This document shows positions 61,846 through 64,000 of a stretch of DNA of 64,000 nucleotides, one piece after another. The notes beneath the pieces are model-generated. The model worked only from the letters and a program-made list of their open reading frames with translations. It had not been told where the DNA came from and did not search any database. A program made the translations under genes and the position numbers. How positions within the stretch are numbered: the stretch's first letter is position 1; every line of letters starts with the position of its first letter. The stretch is from TPA_inf: Saccharomyces. Taxonomy: Eukaryota. The stretch lies in assembly GCA_000146045.2 (NCBI GenBank), contig BK006939.2:160001-224000 (forward strand). The letters are read 5' to 3'.

Positions 61846-62403
61846 ATGGATGCATTCAGCTTAAAGAAGGATAATCGAAAAAAATTTCAAGATAAACAGA
61901 AATTGAAAAGAAAACATGCCACACCCAGTGATAGAAAGTACCGGCTATTGAACCGCCAAAAAGAAGAGAAAGCTACCACAGAGGAGAAAGATCAAGACCA
62001 AGAACAGCCCGCCCTGAAGTCAAACGAGGACAGGTACTATGAGGACCCGGTACTCGAGGACCCGCATTCTGCAGTCGCCAATGCAGAGTTGAACAAGGTG
62101 CTAAAAGACGTCCTCAAAAATCGGCTCCAGCAGAACGACGACGCCACAGCCGTCAATAATGTTGCTAATAAAGATACTTTGAAAATCAAAGACCTCAAGC
62201 AGATGAATACGGATGAGCTCAATCGTTGGCTCGGACGGCAGAATACAACATCGGCTATAACAGCGGCTGAGCCCGAATCATTAGTCGTTCCCATTCACGT
62301 ACAAGGTGATCATGATCGTGCGGGCAAGAAGATCAGTGCCCCTTCGACCGATCTACCGGAAGAACTAGAGACCGATCAGGATTTCCTTGATGGACTGCTC
62401 TAA
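61846..62403 (+). CDS. 185-aa charged protein of unknown function (position of YER034W)
   Basis: ORF with yeast-like codon usage, an upstream poly-A tract, and a consistent position. Confidence 0.7.
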   Translation: MDAFSLKKDNRKKFQDKQKLKRKHATPSDRKYRLLNRQKEEKATTEEKDQDQEQPALKSNEDRYYEDPVLEDPHSAVANAELNKVLKDVLKNRLQQNDDATAVNNVANKDTLKIKDLKQMNTDELNRWLGRQNTTSAITAAEPESLVVPIHVQGDHDRAGKKISAPSTDLPEELETDQDFLDGLL

Positions 62404-62638
62404 TCGCGCGGTACGACAGTTACTGCGTGAAAAGATTATCAGCGCCCCTTTTTTTCTTCTTTGTTCTTAACGTTTCTTTTTCTTGCGGCTTATGCCCGTA
62501 CTTATAAAACAACGGCCTCCCGTGCCCTATTACCTTCCTGATAGACCGGACAATAACGTCACTACATACAAAGTTATACACTAACAGAAACTCAAACACA
62601 AACGTTTTTATAATAGTCAAAATTAAATATCTCTCATA

Positions 62639-63076
62639 ATGGGTTCCGAGACAAAACATTCTGCAAAAGTCAAGATTGTCACAAGGGAAAGTCCTCCTTC
62701 CGCCAAGGAGCACATGCGCCCCACTAAAACTCAAATATTAGTTCCACCGACGCAGAGTTTGCCCAATGGCAAGAAACCAAACTTCGGTAAGTCTACAAAA
62801 CAGCGGCGAGAACCTAGGGAACGCACCTCGAAGACGGGACACGAGGACGATAAGGCAACGATGGTCACTGTTAACATAGATGCCTTCCTACATGATAAGG
62901 CCCCTAAAAAAAAATCGTGCAAATACAAGAAGAAGAAAACGAGACAGTACCAGGATAGGGCGGCGGCGTCGATCGATTCGAAACCGCACGTAGCTGGTCA
63001 TACGGCCTTTGCCGGTGCTTCGTTCACAACAGATATCCCACATGAGGCAGCGCTACCCAAACCTAGTTTTGTTTGA
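62639..63076 (+). CDS. EDC2: RNA-binding enhancer of mRNA decapping, 145 aa, basic
   Basis: Small K/R-rich protein at the YER035W position. Confidence 0.75.
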   Translation: MGSETKHSAKVKIVTRESPPSAKEHMRPTKTQILVPPTQSLPNGKKPNFGKSTKQRREPRERTSKTGHEDDKATMVTVNIDAFLHDKAPKKKSCKYKKKKTRQYQDRAAASIDSKPHVAGHTAFAGASFTTDIPHEAALPKPSFV

Positions 63077-63366
63077 GTAGCTGTGATTGTAAATTTTTTT
63101 ATTTCTACTTGAGCGGGCGGGCTCTCATTTTTTTTTTTGGGGTTTTATTTAGGTCGGATTATTCATAAAGATGGCATTTATATACATTTTTACGCAATTA
63201 CCCTCATATTCTTACACATACGGAGAAGTCATTGTTATATCTTCTTGCCTTCACATTGTTATCGGTGATTTTCTTTCTTTATTGATTGATTAGTTATATA
63301 AATTATTGCTATTAAAATACATAAAAGGGGAAGTAAAAACGTGCACGGCGCAGATCAACTTCACAA

Positions 63367-64000
63367 TTACAAAACAACGTTCTTGGCCAATTTGTTCTTA
63401 TATTGCAAAATGGATCCGTCCCATCTGGTAGCGGTCTTGTTTTCCACAACGAAAATATCTTGGGCAATTTTGTCTAATAATCTGAAATCATGCGAAACGA
63501 CGACGACACCACCGTTAAATTCGTTGATGGCGTCGGCCAAGGAGTCGATGGTTGGGATATCCAAACCATTGGTAGGTTCATCTAATAGTAGGACATTTGG
63601 TTGTTCTAAAGCTAATAAAGCAAAGACGACACGAGAACGTTGACCTTCTGACAAGGTAGCCATTTGAACGGTTTGACCTTCCCCGGTTAGCCCGTAGCGA
63701 CCTAGTTGGCCTCTCCAGAATTGGAAATCTTGTGAGATGTTAGAGTACTTGTCACGGACAAATTCTAAAGCAGATTTTGTCAAGTCCAGTTGATCTTGAG
63801 AGTGTTGCGAGTAGACACCCAACTTGACATGGGTATGTCTAGAAACACGGCCAGATTGTGGGGTCAATTCACCGGTCATAATCTTCAACAATGTGGATTT
63901 ACCAACACCATTTGGTCCGACAAGGGCAATACGTGAGTCCATATCGACACCAAAGTTCAAATGTTCGTACAAGTTTTCGGATGGGTTGCTCTCATAATGA
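63367..64000 (-). CDS. ARB1: ABC-F family ATPase (no TM domain), C-terminal approx. 210 aa only; the gene continues beyond the window end
   Basis: The second ABC cassette carries Walker A GPNGVGKST, the signature LSEGQRSRV, Walker B LLLDEPTN, and an H-loop. The ORF is open to the window edge. Confidence 0.85.
   Translation of the reverse strand, partial: HYESNPSENLYEHLNFGVDMDSRIALVGPNGVGKSTLLKIMTGELTPQSGRVSRHTHVKLGVYSQHSQDQLDLTKSALEFVRDKYSNISQDFQFWRGQLGRYGLTGEGQTVQMATLSEGQRSRVVFALLALEQPNVLLLDEPTNGLDIPTIDSLADAINEFNGGVVVVSHDFRLLDKIAQDIFVVENKTATRWDGSILQYKNKLAKNVVL

Overview
This window is ordinary, well-characterised Saccharomyces cerevisiae nuclear DNA. It is a gene-dense, subtelomere-distal stretch of the chromosome V right arm, running from the 3' end of YER004W (FMP52) through YND1, NUG1, PAC2, TMA20, SNR14, SEC3, NTF2, YER010C, TIR1, tE(UUC), PRE1, PRP22, HEM14, FAA2, BIM1, AFG3, SPC25, ISC1, SBH2, GPA2, RPN3, SRB4, PRO3, YAT2, GCD11, tH(GUG), CHO1, GAL83, MIG3, SMB1, CHZ1, YPT31, FIR1, ZRG8, YER034W and EDC2 to the 3' part of ARB1 (YER036C). 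I identified the genes by recognising the translated proteins and their canonical order; I could not run a search. I see no evidence of a foreign or undescribed system. Every long ORF is a known yeast protein in its known order, and the intergenic spaces are short and AT-rich with recognisable yeast promoter motifs. The ORF track misses three non-ORF features. The U4 snRNA gene SNR14 lies on the minus strand at 7427-7586. The spliced 11-nt first exon of TMA20 sits 103 nt upstream of the main ORF. Two tRNA genes are present, Glu-UUC and His-GUG. Degenerate Ty1/Ty2-type LTR remnants lie immediately 5' of tRNA-Glu. Several ORF-track entries carry spurious in-frame N-terminal extensions, and the feature list uses the recognised protein N-termini instead. 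Other notable points are a local GC-rich island over SPC25-ISC1, a 36-bp tandem minisatellite inside TIR1, an internal duplication in the PRP22 N-terminus, a poly-Asp (ATC)n tract in ZRG8, and textbook promoter motifs: PAC+RRPE before NUG1, PACE before PRE1 and RPN3, and UASINO before CHO1.
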